This document shows positions 15,669-39,983 of a stretch of DNA of 64,000 nt, one piece after another. The stretch is from NCBI GenBank assembly GCA_040954595.2, contig CM082579.2, positions 7,305,625 to 7,369,624 of the forward strand, written 5' to 3'. The translations under genes were made by a program, and so were the position numbers. This DNA comes from Balanoglossus misakiensis. Lineage: Eukaryota; Animalia; Hemichordata. The notes under the pieces are model-generated. The model was not told where the DNA came from and searched no databases. It worked only from the letters and a program-made list of their open reading frames with translations. The first letter of the stretch is position 1, and every line of letters begins with the position of its first letter.

Positions 15669-15918
15669 CCACACACACACACACCCACACACACACACAC
15701 ACCCACACACACACACACACCCACACACACACACCCACACACACACCCACATACCCACACACACACCCACACACCCACACACACACACCCACACCCACAC
15801 ACACACCCACACACACACACCCACACACACACCCACACCCACCCACACACCCACACACACCCCCCCACACACCCACACACACACCACACACCCACACACA
15901 CACACACCCACACACACG

Positions 15919-15949
<31 letters not shown>

Positions 15950-15952
15950 CCA

Positions 15953-15988
<36 letters not shown>

Positions 15989-16026
15989 ACACACACACAC
16001 ACCCACACACACACACACACCCACCC

Positions 16027-16090
<64 letters not shown>

Positions 16091-16293
16091 ACCCACACAC
16101 ACACACCCAACACACACACACACACACACACCCACACACCCACACACACACACACACACCCACACACACACACACCCACCCACCCACACACCCACACACC
16201 ACACCCACACACACACCCACACACACAAACCACACACACACACCCACACCCCACACCCACACCCACACATACACCCACACCCACACACCCACC

Positions 16294-16326
<33 letters not shown>

Positions 16327-16490
16327 ACACACCCACACACACACACCCACCCACACACACACACCCACACCCACACACCCACACCCACACACACCCACAC
16401 CCACACACCCACCCACACACCCACACACACACACACCCACACACACACACACACACACACCCACACCACACACACCCACACCCACACACA

Positions 16491-16549
<59 letters not shown>

Positions 16550-16950
16550 ACACCCACACACCCACACACACCCACACACCCACCCACACACACACACCCA
16601 CCCACACACCCACCCACACACCCACACACCCACACACCCACACCCACACACACACACACCCACACACACACCCACACACACACACCCACACCCACACACC
16701 CACACCCACACACACACCCACACCCACACACCCACCCACACACACACACCCACACACACACACCACACACACACCCACACCCACACATCACACACACACC
16801 CACACACCCACACCCACCCACACACACACCCACACACACACCCACACCCACACACCCACACACACACACCCACACACACACCCACACACCCACACACACA
16901 CCCACCCACACACACACACACACACACCCACACACACACCCACAAACCCA

Positions 16951-16987
<37 letters not shown>

Positions 16988-17537
16988 ACACACACACACA
17001 CCCACACCCACACACACACACACCCCACACACACACACACACCCACACACACACACACACACCCACACACCCACACACCCACACACACCCACACACCCAC
17101 CCACACACACACACACACACCCACCCACACACACACCCACACACCACACACACACCCACACCCACACCCACACACACACACCCACACACACACCCACACA
17201 CACACACCCACACCCACACACCCACACCCACACCCACACCCACACACCCACCCACACACACACACCCACACACACACACACACACACCCACACACACACA
17301 CACACACACACCCACACACACACACACCCACACACCCTCACCCACACACCCACACACACACACCCACACACACACACACCCACACACACACACACACCCA
17401 CACACCCACACCCCCCCCACACACACACACCCACACACCTACACACACACACACACCCACACACACCCACACACCCACACACACACACACCCACACACAC
17501 ACCCACACACACACACACACACCCACACCCACACACA

Positions 17538-17605
<68 letters not shown>

Positions 17606-17909
17606 ACACCCACACACACACCCACACACAAACACACACACACACACACACGCACACACACCCACACACCCACACACACACCCACACCCACACACCCACA
17701 CACCCACACCCACCCACACACACACCCACACACACACACCACACCCACACCCACACACCCACACACACACCCACACACACACCCACACCCACACACCCAC
17801 ACACACACACCCACACACCCACACCCACACACACCCACACACCCACACACACCCACCCACACACACACCCACACACACACACCCACACACCCACACACAC
17901 CCACCCACA

Positions 17910-17954
<45 letters not shown>

Positions 17955-18501
17955 ACACCCACACACACACACCCACACACACACACACACCCACACACCC
18001 ACACCCACACACACCCACACCCACACACACCCACACACCCACACACACACACCCACACACCCACACCCACACCCACACACCCACACCCACACACACACAC
18101 ACCCACACACACACCCACACACACACCCACACACACACACACCCACACACCCACACCCACACACACACACATACCCACACACACACACACACACACCCAC
18201 ACACCCACACCCACACACACACCCACACCCACACACACACACACACCCACACACACACCCACACACACACACACACACACACCCACCCACACACACACAC
18301 ACACACACCCACACACACACTCACACCCACACACCCACACTCACACACACACACACACACCCACACACACACCCGCACACACACACCCCCACACCCACAC
18401 CCACACACCCACACCCACACACCCACCCACACACACACACACACCCACACACACACACACACACACCCACACACACACACACACACCCACACACACCCCC
18501 C

Positions 18502-18538
<37 letters not shown>

Positions 18539-18795
18539 ACACACACACACACACCCACACACACACCCACACACACACACCCACACCGACACACACACAC
18601 ACACACCCACATACACACACACACACACACACACACCCCCCCACACACCCACACACCCACACACACACACACACCCACACACACACACCCACACACACAC
18701 ACACCCACACACACACCCACACACACACCCACACACACCCACACACCCACACACACACCCACACCCACACACACCCACACACACACACACACACC

Positions 18796-18826
<31 letters not shown>

Positions 18827-18945
18827 ACATACATACATACATACATACATACATACATACATACATACATACATACATACATACATACATACATACATAC
18901 ATACATACATACATACATACATACATAAATACATACATACATACA
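14776..18945. repeat. Compound microsatellite: (CATA)15 - ~4 kb irregular (CA)n/(CCCA) tract - (CATA)n
   Basis: CATA 14776-14835, CA/CCCA mosaic 14836-18819, CATA 18820-18945, read directly. Confidence 0.97.
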
Positions 18946-19113
18946 GATGTATACACGCTTTTGCGATTTTAAGACAATGCATATTTGCTCAGCAATTGCT
19001 CGATCACAATAACATTAGGCTATTCATTTGAGTACAAAGGGACTCACATCGTCATTCTAGATTAATTTTGTCACCTTAATATCCAGGAATTTCATTCTTC
19101 TTTTGTACATTAG

Positions 19114-22100
19114 AGTTAACTGAAATGGTCCTGTCAACCAAAAGAGACCTAACAGGTGCAATCTTAACAGTGGGCGATTCGAAATCGGTGTGGGAAAACA
19201 GTTTATGTGGAGATACTCTAACAGAAAATGATGAGCTTGAAATGGCCATGTGTTACAGTAATAGAATGGAAGGAAGATACATTGGGATTATTGGAAATGG
19301 TGACAATGGCGATGTCCATGTTTGTAAGATAGTAGTGTACGCAGGTAAGGGAACATTTTCATATAGGCCTGGACTGATTGTTTTGTTGCGGCACCTTTTT
19401 TAGATGTATACAATGCCATCGAAAAAACGTCGGTCTCCACTATATATCATTTCAGCACGGGGAAATGATTTCGCAATAAGGCGCTACTTTTTTTCTCTCT
19501 ATGACAAACACAGACAAGATCCTGACATGTTCAGAGTTCGTGAATGTAACGAACGTAACCCTGCCTGGTTCTAATGTTGGCGTAGCCACGTGGACGACGC
19601 CGGAATCGAGTTCTGCCATTCGGTGTAGCCGTGACTCGGGTGATTTGTTTGACTATGGCATAAATGCGGTCACCTGTGCAGTAAGGAACAGAAAAAGGAA
19701 TTTCGATTGTACCTTCTATGTACATATTATAAGAGGTGAGCTGATGCTTGTTGAGTGAGTGAGTGAGTGAGTGAGTGAGTGAGTGAGCAAGTGATTTTGT
19801 ATGTATGTATGTATGTATGTATGTATGTATGTATGTATGTATGTATGTATGTATGTATGTATGTATGTATGTATACTACATGATGATGTGGTATGTTTAG
19901 TTCAAACTACATATAACGCCACTTGGGCTAAACTAGTATTTTCACTGTGTCTTAGAGTCAACGTCATGTTCAATTCGTTCGCCACCTGGCTTTCAACTGT
20001 GGAGCAGTATTGAGTTATCGACTGCACCGGTCACAGTTGCCTGTGACAGTGGATGGGAATTGGAGTATGGGGATGGTACGATCGACTGCTCTAAGGAATT
20101 AACCCTGGACGATTTGCCGGAGTGCGTGGGTAAGCAGACCATATCCTCAAACTAGATCATGTGCAAAAACACGGTGAAGAATTATTTTGTTGTTGTGTCA
20201 CACTGTTAAAGGTATACGGTCACCTCGACAGGGGTGTGTGAGGTTTAAATTGAAACATCCAGTGTATGACCACTTGATACAAGAACGCATCTAAATATCA
20301 CCGTCGTTCCCAACTCTTCCGAAATGCTTCCTTCCGTCTGTCAAATAGATACAGATGAATGCGCCAAGGGGACGCATTCTTGTGATTCAGCCCAGTATGA
20401 ACAATGCCACAACAGTCCGGGGTCGTACGAATGCCAATGCATACCAGACTATACAAGAAAAGAGGGACTGTGTGTACCCAACACCACACAGGAAACAGTT
20501 GAGACGTGTAACAAAGGTGGGAAATTTGTTTGTCATATCACTTACTGATTTTACGTGTCGTACATGTAGGTTGAATTACATTAAACTGCTTAAATACATA
20601 TGTCTCATAATCGAGGAAATCAATGCGTGTGATTCAACTATCGTTCACGAAAGGAATGCTTTATAGTCCATTTGAAAGAGAAAACGACACAGTATTCTAC
20701 ATCTTAATAAACGCGGGAAAATATTTGTGTGTGTGAATCACCGTCATTTTAGATGGAACATCCTCCTGCCCAAATGAAGTTGATGTCACCGGCATTGTTT
20801 GGCCTGAAACAAAAGCCAACTGTTCAACGGATTGGGTATCCTGTCCTAATGGAACATCTGGCAAGTACATGTTTCAGTAAAATATACAGTTATTATTAGG
20901 CATTGACCGGAATTCGCAAAACTATCACTGACTGTGTCTCTTCACAAATGAAACACAGTTGCCATTTCTTTTGTATGAAACAGTTTATACACTGTGGCTC
21001 TACTATTTATGTCATGCATCGAAGTCGCTGAACAACCAAGTATTTTGTTACAAGAAAAGCAGTATAAAAGAGTGCATTTTGAATGATATCACAAAGGCCT
21101 ACATAAGTCACACGGTATTTATAACTTTGCCTCATTCTGGGTTGATTGAATCCTTGTCCATCTAGTTTCTATTCTTTAACTTTTGTATGTTTAGTTGCCA
21201 TTTTTTTACTTTTTTCTGTTAAAAGGTTTGATGAAAAGGCATTGTGACAGTACTGCAGTGTGGCAAGCTGTGGACACAACGTATTGTGCGTCAGAAACTC
21301 TGCTTGGTTTTGAGCAAAAGGTGTGTAACTATTATGTGACGTCACGACCGTGTTAACGTTGTGTCATTTTTGGATCTGGTGCTTGGAGGATGTTCGAATG
21401 AGATGATTAAATCGTCATTCCAAGAATGTGATGTGAATACATAAGCCGCCCTGACGACAACATTAACCGATGGAATCAAATTCTTCAAAATACAGATCCA
21501 GAATATCACCCGAATAGACGAAGCTACCGATCTGGTGAACGCCACGACTGGTTACTTATCGTCAGTGGAGCAGGTGGTTGGAGGAGATCTCCATGTTGCT
21601 GTGGATATTTTGAACGGAGTTCAGTCGAAGACGCCCGGGGCCATGGATGCTCCTCCACGACAAAAAATGGAATATTTTGAGGTAACATATCCTCTTGGTC
21701 ACCTGAGGCAACTTTCTTGGTATCGAATACATTGATTTCTTGATATTTCCATTTTTAATCTCTTCTTTCAAGAAGTAACTTTGATATGACCACTGACTGA
21801 TGTCACCACTACTCCGCTCTCACAGAACAAAACATATCATAATGAATTTAAAATACCTTTATCGAATAATGATCGCGTACTTTTGGCATTCTTATTAGTC
21901 TTTTGTAGAAATTGCCAGTTTGATGTTAGACCAGGAGTATGGAGACAATTGGAAAAACACCCACAAGGTAATATAATACCAAAACTGATATAGTTTGATT
22001 GCGACAAATTTTGTGTCTCTTTAAGAGTCTAGAGTGTTGACGTGTGATATTTTGTGTCTAGTGTGTATTGGAACGATTGCTATTGAATGTTGATAGATGT

Positions 22101-25100
22101 CGCCGGGAAACAATGTGAGACTTTTTGGAAACGTGGTTGGCAATGATGGTACAATTCACTATGCATGTTACAAATATTTCTTTCATCAGAACAAAGGCGT
22201 GTCTGAAGGATCGGTTCGTGTTCTTCACCTCCTTGACCTGTTCGGGCAGGATGTTTACGAGTTCACTGACAAGGAAGATATTACCTACTACAAGAAAACT
22301 AAAAACATAGGTATATCTATAATTTTATCAACTTGCAAAAAAATCATTTGTAATAATCTTACTGCTTACATATATATAAGAGCGATCAAGTATTTCTTTC
22401 AAAAAATATTTATCAAGTTGAAGAAAATATCCAACCACTACAATTTTCTTTGTCATACGATGATGTAGTACATCCTGTTTAACATTTCACCGACAGAGTA
22501 TGCAGCGTTCAGGCTTAACGGGGTGAGTGACATCATGGAATCCCTAACCCTATCTCCGGTGACCAAGCGCACAAAGAGGGACGTGGACCAGAGCAACAAT
22601 GAGAAAAATGTTGCGTTTGAATTACCCGATTCACTTTTGCGAGGAGAACCAAGTATGTTATACTTACTGCTGGTTTGTTTCAATTGCAGTCATTTCGTGG
22701 AAAGTGTAGTCTCTATATTTCTGCTCAGACTCGACCCAGTTTTGGCAAGATTCGTAAATGCCTGGTGTCAATTGTTCACATTGTTTATTGTAGACATAAC
22801 GGCTGTTGTGTTTGTTGTCCACAACCCGGAGGAAGTTCTGGCTCCGCCGTTGAAAGCGTAAGAGAATACTTTGCTCAACTTAGTTGATTTTACATACCAG
22901 AAGTTAAACTACCTGCACAGGTTAATAGTAGTAGTATCGATCGAATATCATCCAGTTATGCGATAGCAGGTTGCACATATAACCAACAGAATTGCATAGT
23001 TAACGTTTTTAATAGAAAGAGTCTTCACATTGTTAACCGCTGACAATTAGTTTGTGAATCAAACTTCCGGACAGATACCGTATAGTCAGGCTGTTAGATT
23101 TAATGATATTAGACTTTTATTCAATCGTGCAATTTTATGATTAGGCAAACACGCCATAGAGAATAACAATTAACCATATACCCTGGAGGAAGGGTCTGTA
23201 TGAAGTAACGTTGCATAAGAGAGAGAGGCACGAACATTCAAAACAAGACTCCTCTTTTTCACTCCAGTTCCAAACGTGACTGGGTGAAAAGTATAACCGC
23301 ATTGGCGAAGGTGGAGAAAATCAACTCAGCCGTTGCGTCGATAAGATTTTACAGCCGTGGTGTGGAACTTCGGATCGATGACCTGTTAAAAGTCTCAATG
23401 AAACACAAGGAGGTAAAATTGATCATGCAGATTTTAAAAAAATAGTTACAGCAAGGTGTCAAAAACGAAATCTGTTCACTGAATGAACTCATGGAGTCTA
23501 CTGAATGAACTCATGGAGTCTATCTGGCGTCGGTGTATTCGAAATCATCATGCGTCAGTCAGTCAAGCAAAAAAAAAAGTTCAAGCCGAACAAATATATT
23601 GAAAAAAATGGCAAAATTATTATTATTATTAAAAGTCACAGGTAATGACGATTTTGATGAAAATTGTTCGTTGATGTTTACATCATATATTCGTTCTGAC
23701 AGTCTACCATAAGTGTATGCAACCACAGGGAAAACCACACTGCACACATCTTAACTGTATTTTTTTAAAATTCTGAATAGATTGCATATAACCCAACCTG
23801 TCTGTCATTACGATTCCATGACCCGAAAGAGTAAGTAGTCTATGAAAGAGATTAATATGCATTGCATCATAATTCTTTCTTTTCTTGCAAGATTTCGATT
23901 CGGTACGTATCACTGATCAAAACGACAAGCTTGCTAATAAACAACTAGATTGTACGAACAGTATCAACAGATAAATTCCTAGCCATTACATTTGATATGA
24001 TTTTATCCTCTTAATCGATCGGATAGAAAGGGCACTATTTTCTCATGAGTAAATATTGTTCTATCTTTTTCCTTGAGTATTTGGAACACAGACAGTTGTC
24101 AGTTACTCCAGATGGCACCTGGACAGGGCTATTCGTCCTGTATGTGTTCACACGCAGGCGATTTTGCTCTACTGATGGTGATGGGAACAGAACCCGTGGT
24201 AAGTGCATGTCCTAATGTCGAAAGTCGATGCACCATCTGAAATTTGTATATATTCTCTGCACAGATGGACAACAAACCTTCGATATGAACTATTTCATGT
24301 TCACAAAGCATTGGCATATCCAGATGGGATTTAAAAAAACTGGAAACATGCACGGTACTGCTGAAATAACGACTGCGGTGATTAATTATTTACAGGCATT
24401 TCTCACGGCAGCCAGAATACATTTCATGATCATTTTCAACTGTGTGTCCATCACCTTGCTTGCAGTGGCGTTTGTTTTCATCACCTTGTCGGGGTAAGTG
24501 ATTTTTAAATATAAAAGTTGAGATCATTGAATAAACACTACAATGAGTGGTGTGCGTTTCAAGACAATATTTGTAAAATAATTGTGACCATAGCCATCCA
24601 TATTCCAGAGAAATCCTAAGTCAAATATCACATTTACATGGCAAGTTGTAAAGACGAAAACAAAACAATACAGCAAAGTACACTGAACCAATTGATATAC
24701 GTGAAAGAATTATGACATACATAGACCTCCGCAAAAGACCGAGAAATGATATCGGATGGTTCTAAAAGAGTAAGTAGGTCCTGCTCCACAAGTAAGTTGA
24801 TGCATTTCATTCTCTCTTTGATCGTAGAATAAACAGCGACCGTTACAGCATCATGTGGCACTCGACGCTCTCTTTTATGATGACGCAGGTTGTCGTGGTG
24901 ATGGCACTCTCTGTGGACAGCAATAAGGTCAAAGTAGTCCCACTCATTTCGAGATCTCGCGAGACTTGGTCAATTACCGTAGCAACTGGTTGCTTGCCAG
25001 GTTATACAATCAAGCTTTGTATGAAACTAGAATAAGTGCAGAAGTACAATAATTGTAACTTATGTGCTGTTTAATCCACAGAAACTGTGCATGTATTCTT

Positions 25101-27488
25101 CTGTTGGAATTCATTTCGCGTTGGTGAACAACACTGCATGGCTATTGAATCAGTCCATCGAAGCTTACAGGAGGTTGGCCCGTTACAGTTGTGGGGGAAG
25201 GCGCAGCAGGTGAGATAGAAGACTCGCATACTCTTCGTCAAGGAGACAACAATAGTTGTCAGAGAAAGTTCCGCCGCGATCGGAAACGTTGGCAACAGAG
25301 CTGTGTGCATGGAAAAATTGTCAGGTGTTCAGAGGGAACGGTATGTGTGATAGTGGCTGTAAATAGATTTCTTACAGATCCGTTCGTCAATCAACCACTT
25401 GCATGTAAAATGATGGCTTCACCAAGAATCGTGCACCATACTAATCAGTGGTTTTTCTTCGATACACAGGAAGCTTTACATAGTGTTTGGTTGGCTTGGC
25501 ACACTGTTGTTGACAATAACCACTGCCGCCTTATTTCATGGTGTATACAGGAGAAACAGCCCAGGGTAAATAGTACATTTCTGATTATAATGATTTAGGA
25601 AACATCCGGTAGCTTGAGCATAGAATCGAGATTCTCGCTAACTGTGTGCAAACGACATTGATTAACTTTAATTATTACTTTGGACATATGTCTCCAGGTG
25701 TTGGATACCCGACAACACGCCGTTGCTATCGATGGTATGGACTCCAGTCACCGGGATGCTGCTGGTAAGCACAATTACATGACCTGTAACCATGCAAACT
25801 AACAGCATGCTATTGTCAAGAGAAAGGTGGTCTTTATTTTGAGTCGTCCCCTTGACTAATTGTCGTTTTCTCGTGGTTGTCAGGTGACCCTGGGCCTTCT
25901 GACGCATGCCCACAACAAATTTACACAAGACAAAGAGAACTACGAGGTGGAAGAGTGGAAAGACTGCTGGTCAGTTCAAAACGATATTCATTTTTTTTCT
26001 ATTTAAACTCTTTTTTTAAGTGACTAGCATAGGTGCAGGGTTGAACACAATTTTTCTTTTGTTCAACTTTTGTGCCATTTAACACGTGTTGTTTGTCCTG
26101 TGTCGCAGATGAATCTCGTCACATTAAACTGCCTAGTCACGCGATATCTCGCAGGGTCTCGTGGAGTCACGGAAACAGGTCTATTCCTCATGGACCTCTC
26201 TCTTATTATTTTTACCCGCACCAGGTCTGGACTTCTGTCTATTATGATCATCGTGTTCACATTCATCGTGAACTGCTTGACAGGGATGCTAGCGGCAACT
26301 TCTGACCAAGACATCTATGGGTTTGTCTTCGGACTTGCATCGTTTAGTTTTGTAAGTCGCCTGCCCTATTGCATCCATTCATAACCTTGACAGTTAACTT
26401 CGACCCCATTCAAATTGTGACGTAGATGACAGTCCCTCAAATGACGTATTTTGAAATCGGTGACAATCACCACCACTATACTGCCACGAACTGTTGTTGA
26501 TCATGAACCACTATACCACGCACTCACACTAAATTTCCACGTAAATAATTATATCGATGTGTTATGGTTAATTCTAGGGTTCGGTGGTGTTTCTGTCTTT
26601 CTTTGCCACTAACCGTGAGGTAAGCTACAGCATACGAACCTTAGTCAGGTCTGCACATTTGTTACCATTTACTGCTTCCAGTCATACTTGATGAACTTTA
26701 AGATACTCATAAGCATGTCCGCTGATACACTTGACTAATTCAAGTAGACACATCCATCGCATCCGTTTCTATGCATAAACGCTCGGCTGAGACTACCAAT
26801 GAAAAAGTGCAACGACACAGCATCCAAACTAATCCAATTTCAACTTGCATGTCATCACATACCCAGCGTTGTTCTCACAACGCGAGACTCCGTCCACCCT
26901 AGTATCTTCAACACCCCTCCGGCCAACAACCTTTCATTCTCCAACTCCGTCCCCAGCTGTTGGTTGCCCTGGAGATTCGCTACTTTTGCGACGATGAGCA
27001 GAAAGAAGCGTTTAAGGCTGCCCGGGCTGCGGAGAAAGCGCGCTTTGATGCCAGGAAGGAAAACCGGCAAAGAATGAACGACGAGAAACTGCAGCTCAAA
27101 GAGGAGCGTGATCAGCAGAGACTCAGACGTCTTGCCATCAATCAAATTTTCACTGTGGTGAGCAACATCAACTGTTAACTCACTAACTTTTCGTTGGCAC
27201 TACCTTAGAGATTGAATATGATGACGATGGAAACTACAAATGAAAGATACACGTTTCTTCATCAAATGAAGATAGTTCAGTCATGGGAGTACGTTTTCTG
27301 ACAAATAATAGGGTGGAAATAAAAGGGATCCCACCAAAATAACAATGTTCTAGTTTCCCGCCTTTACGGCTTCCACTGGATGTAAGCTTACTGGCTGAAT
27401 TTCATTTAAAATGACCGTCCTCGTTTTTCTTTGACAGGCAAGAGAACGGTCACGTGTCTCGCCAACAACCCGCTTGTGGCGAAGATAA
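19114..27488 (+). CDS. Adhesion GPCR A (5'-partial, ~968 codons seen): fucolectin/FTP-like (C-terminal half) - HYR - sushi-like - Ca-EGF - HormR - GAIN/GPS - 7TM - charged helical tail
   Basis: 24 in-frame exons: 19114-19344, 19514-19735, 19956-20129, 20349-20516, 20753-20860 (GC donor), 21226-21320, 21496-21681, 21899-21967, 22190-22310, 22497-22652, 22794-22857, 23268-23412, 23781-23830, 24078-24198, 24396-24493, 24828-24927, 25082-25209, 25470-25565, 25698-25764, 25884-25969, 26225-26351, 26578-26619, 26957-27157, 27438-27488 (TAA). Motifs: DTDECAKG..NSPGSYECQC (cbEGF); WPETKANC..RHCDSTAVW (HormR); WNTDSC..CMCSHAGDFALLM (GPS); YIVFGW and CWI (TM4/ECL2). No start or signal exon found in the window. 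Confidence 0.9.
19752..19874. repeat. Intronic (TGAG)n and (TATG)n microsatellites
   Basis: TGAG 19752-19787, TATG 19798-19874. Confidence 0.95.
23478..23521. repeat. 22-bp perfect tandem duplication in an intron
   Basis: ACTGAATGAACTCATGGAGTCT x2. Confidence 0.9.
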
Positions 27489-28402
27489 ACATATTTAGTC
27501 CACAGGTGCAACACGCGACGTTGGAAGATAGGACGGATGTCTTCAGCTGAGGTTGGACAGGACATGATATTACATCATAACCGAAAATGAGTCTAGAATG
27601 TTTTTACATTCTGAATACCACGGTGTGTGAATGTCACAAGTAAATCACACATTCTACATAGACTTAGATTTTTTCATCATTTATCACCCTTATTCGAGTT
27701 TTAAAAGTACTATGTACATGTACACAAAGCTGAATTGCATTCTTGCAGATAATTAACATTATATAGCCACATGTAAACCTTCTTAATTACATATTTTAAA
27801 ATCCTTATATGTATTATTTGAAAAGACAACGTCAACTTTACAAATGTCAAGCTTAAACATGATACTATATTCACTTGGTTCTCTCAGTATTTTAAATAAT
27901 TAGACTCTTTTACAATTCATCAAAATTTCACGCTATGCCGTTAGTCTTCAGGCAGAAATAAGTCAACAGTCTAGCTAGTACTACAGATATTGAAATAATC
28001 ATTTTGATCATACACAGAAAGACGCTTACGGAGTTTTTCGTTACACACATTTAACTTGAATAATGATTTACTGTGTGTTTTTCAAAACAGAGACTGTGAA
28101 GTTTATAGAGATTTAAAATTTCTATGATGGCGAAAATTCGTATACAAGTAATCTTTTCTCTTCATTCTACTCTTTAAATAAAAATTCTGCTATGTCTGAA
28201 AATAATTGACTATTCGTACATTGTATTAATCGAACAACTTGAAAATATGTTCCAAATACTCACTATTTACAATCTTCTTAACGTGGGCCTGAAGATTGGG
28301 TCATAAATAATCCTTCATGATGTCAATTGCAAAGTGTTGGCCACGTCATGTGTGGTATCCATGGTGACCAACGCCTGGTCGCAGAGTTCGTTAGATTGAA
28401 CA

Positions 28403-38484
<10,082 letters not shown>

Positions 38485-39983
38485 GCTGAGACCCGCAACA
38501 GCGACGAAGCCAAACTGTCAACTGTCAAATTCGATGGACACTTCACGGATAGTACTTTCCAATCCATCAAATAATTACAAATTGACTGAAGCGTGTCACA
38601 CACTCTGTGTCGTAATTTGCATTAATACTTTAATGAAAGTGTGTTTTGCACTGCTATTCAAAGGCACTTATTAATAAATAAATACTGAAATAAATTAATG
38701 TTAGCTTCTCCCTCCCTTCGATATGACCCTCAATATCCAAACTTGTCACGATCTTTACAACAACTTGTTGTTAACCGTTTTAACGGCATAGTCAACTTCT
38801 CATCTTTCAAAAACCAGAGAGAGAGAGACTTTGTCCCTTTAATGTAGTCGTGTGACAGGATCTTTAGCACGTTACTCCACTGTTTCGTCTGGGTAGATCA
38901 TGCGACTGTCTGATTATGTATGACTTTTCCAATTCATTGACGCAATTTAACCTCCCGTCGGTTCTAATTGTCCTGCCTATCACATGGTTTTAATATTGAA
39001 TTTATTTCGGACACGTTCTATGTAATTGTCGAGCTAAACTATCAATTATAGTGTTAAGTTGAGCGAAAAGACAACGTCACTGAGGTACCAGTGAGTTGTA
39101 ACCTTAAACCTTCAGATTTGCTTTGACTATACATTCATGGCTAAGTAATTAAAAAAAATAAAAAGTGGTTTTACTGCATGGAAAAATTAATTGCGAAATT
39201 AAATTTTAATGTAAATGGGCATATCAACAAGCAGAAGAGGCAATTGTAGGAAATATTATTGGCCTTATAATTTGCGAAAACATGCGCTCATTCAAAAGCC
39301 TTATCGCCACCTCCTATTAAAGGGAGGTTGTCTGAACTGATCGTTTGCAACTTTTCTGTTAATAAAAACACCATCAGCATTGCCAACCAATGCCATATTA
39401 TATTAAGTTAACTTGCAAATGTGAAGTGGTGACTGCCATGATGTATTTGTAATACTAATTAACAACCACAGCCATTATGTTTCCAATGATGCACATAGCA
39501 GTATACACTTTGCGGGTATAATTCGACTGGCTGGCAACTGTGGGGCCGAAAAGGCTTCCGAATACGCGCATGTTTTCGAAAATCACAAGGGCCGATATGG
39601 AACCCATACCCACGGCCGCAAACCCATTAAAGCACAGGCGATAGAGCAAAGGGTCGAAGATTAAAGATAAACGATCACGAATGCGCGAAATGATAGACAT
39701 GTCTTTTACACAAACCAAACCCTCAGCCCTGTAGGCTGCCCCTGGCGACCACATAATTCACGAACGAAATCGTGCACAGGGTAACACGTTTGTGTCATTG
39801 TTAACTGACGAACATTCGACTTTGTCCCTTTCGACATAAGTATGCTATGACAGGCGTTTATGAGGTTGCACCTTTGTGGGCCTGTTACCATTGTATCTTT
39901 GAACCCGGATACGAGGGTAATCCCGTCTTGTCAGTGTCACTGTGACCACACCAAAAGGAACGCTAGCCTACAACAATGCCGAG

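Larger units (their letters stand above)
1..19010 (+). mobile_element. Possible Helentron-associated non-autonomous element (HINE/DINE-1/pearl-like) with massively expanded core repeat; only the 3' end is visible
   Basis: The order tandem core repeat -> tetranucleotide microsatellite -> short unique tail with imperfect palindrome TGCTCAGCAATTGCTCGATCA (18986-19006) matches the known modular layout of such elements. The 5' end lies outside the window. Confidence 0.35.

Noticed and set aside
14836-18819. Budding-yeast-type C1-3A telomere or contamination
   Set aside because: Internal, bracketed by CATA repeats, CCA units are rare, and it is continuous with animal genes; no TTAGGG array either.
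14722-18982. 1416-aa His/Thr/Pro ORF and the antisense Val/Cys/Gly ORFs
   Set aside because: A/C-only microsatellite cannot contain stop codons; open in nearly all frames.
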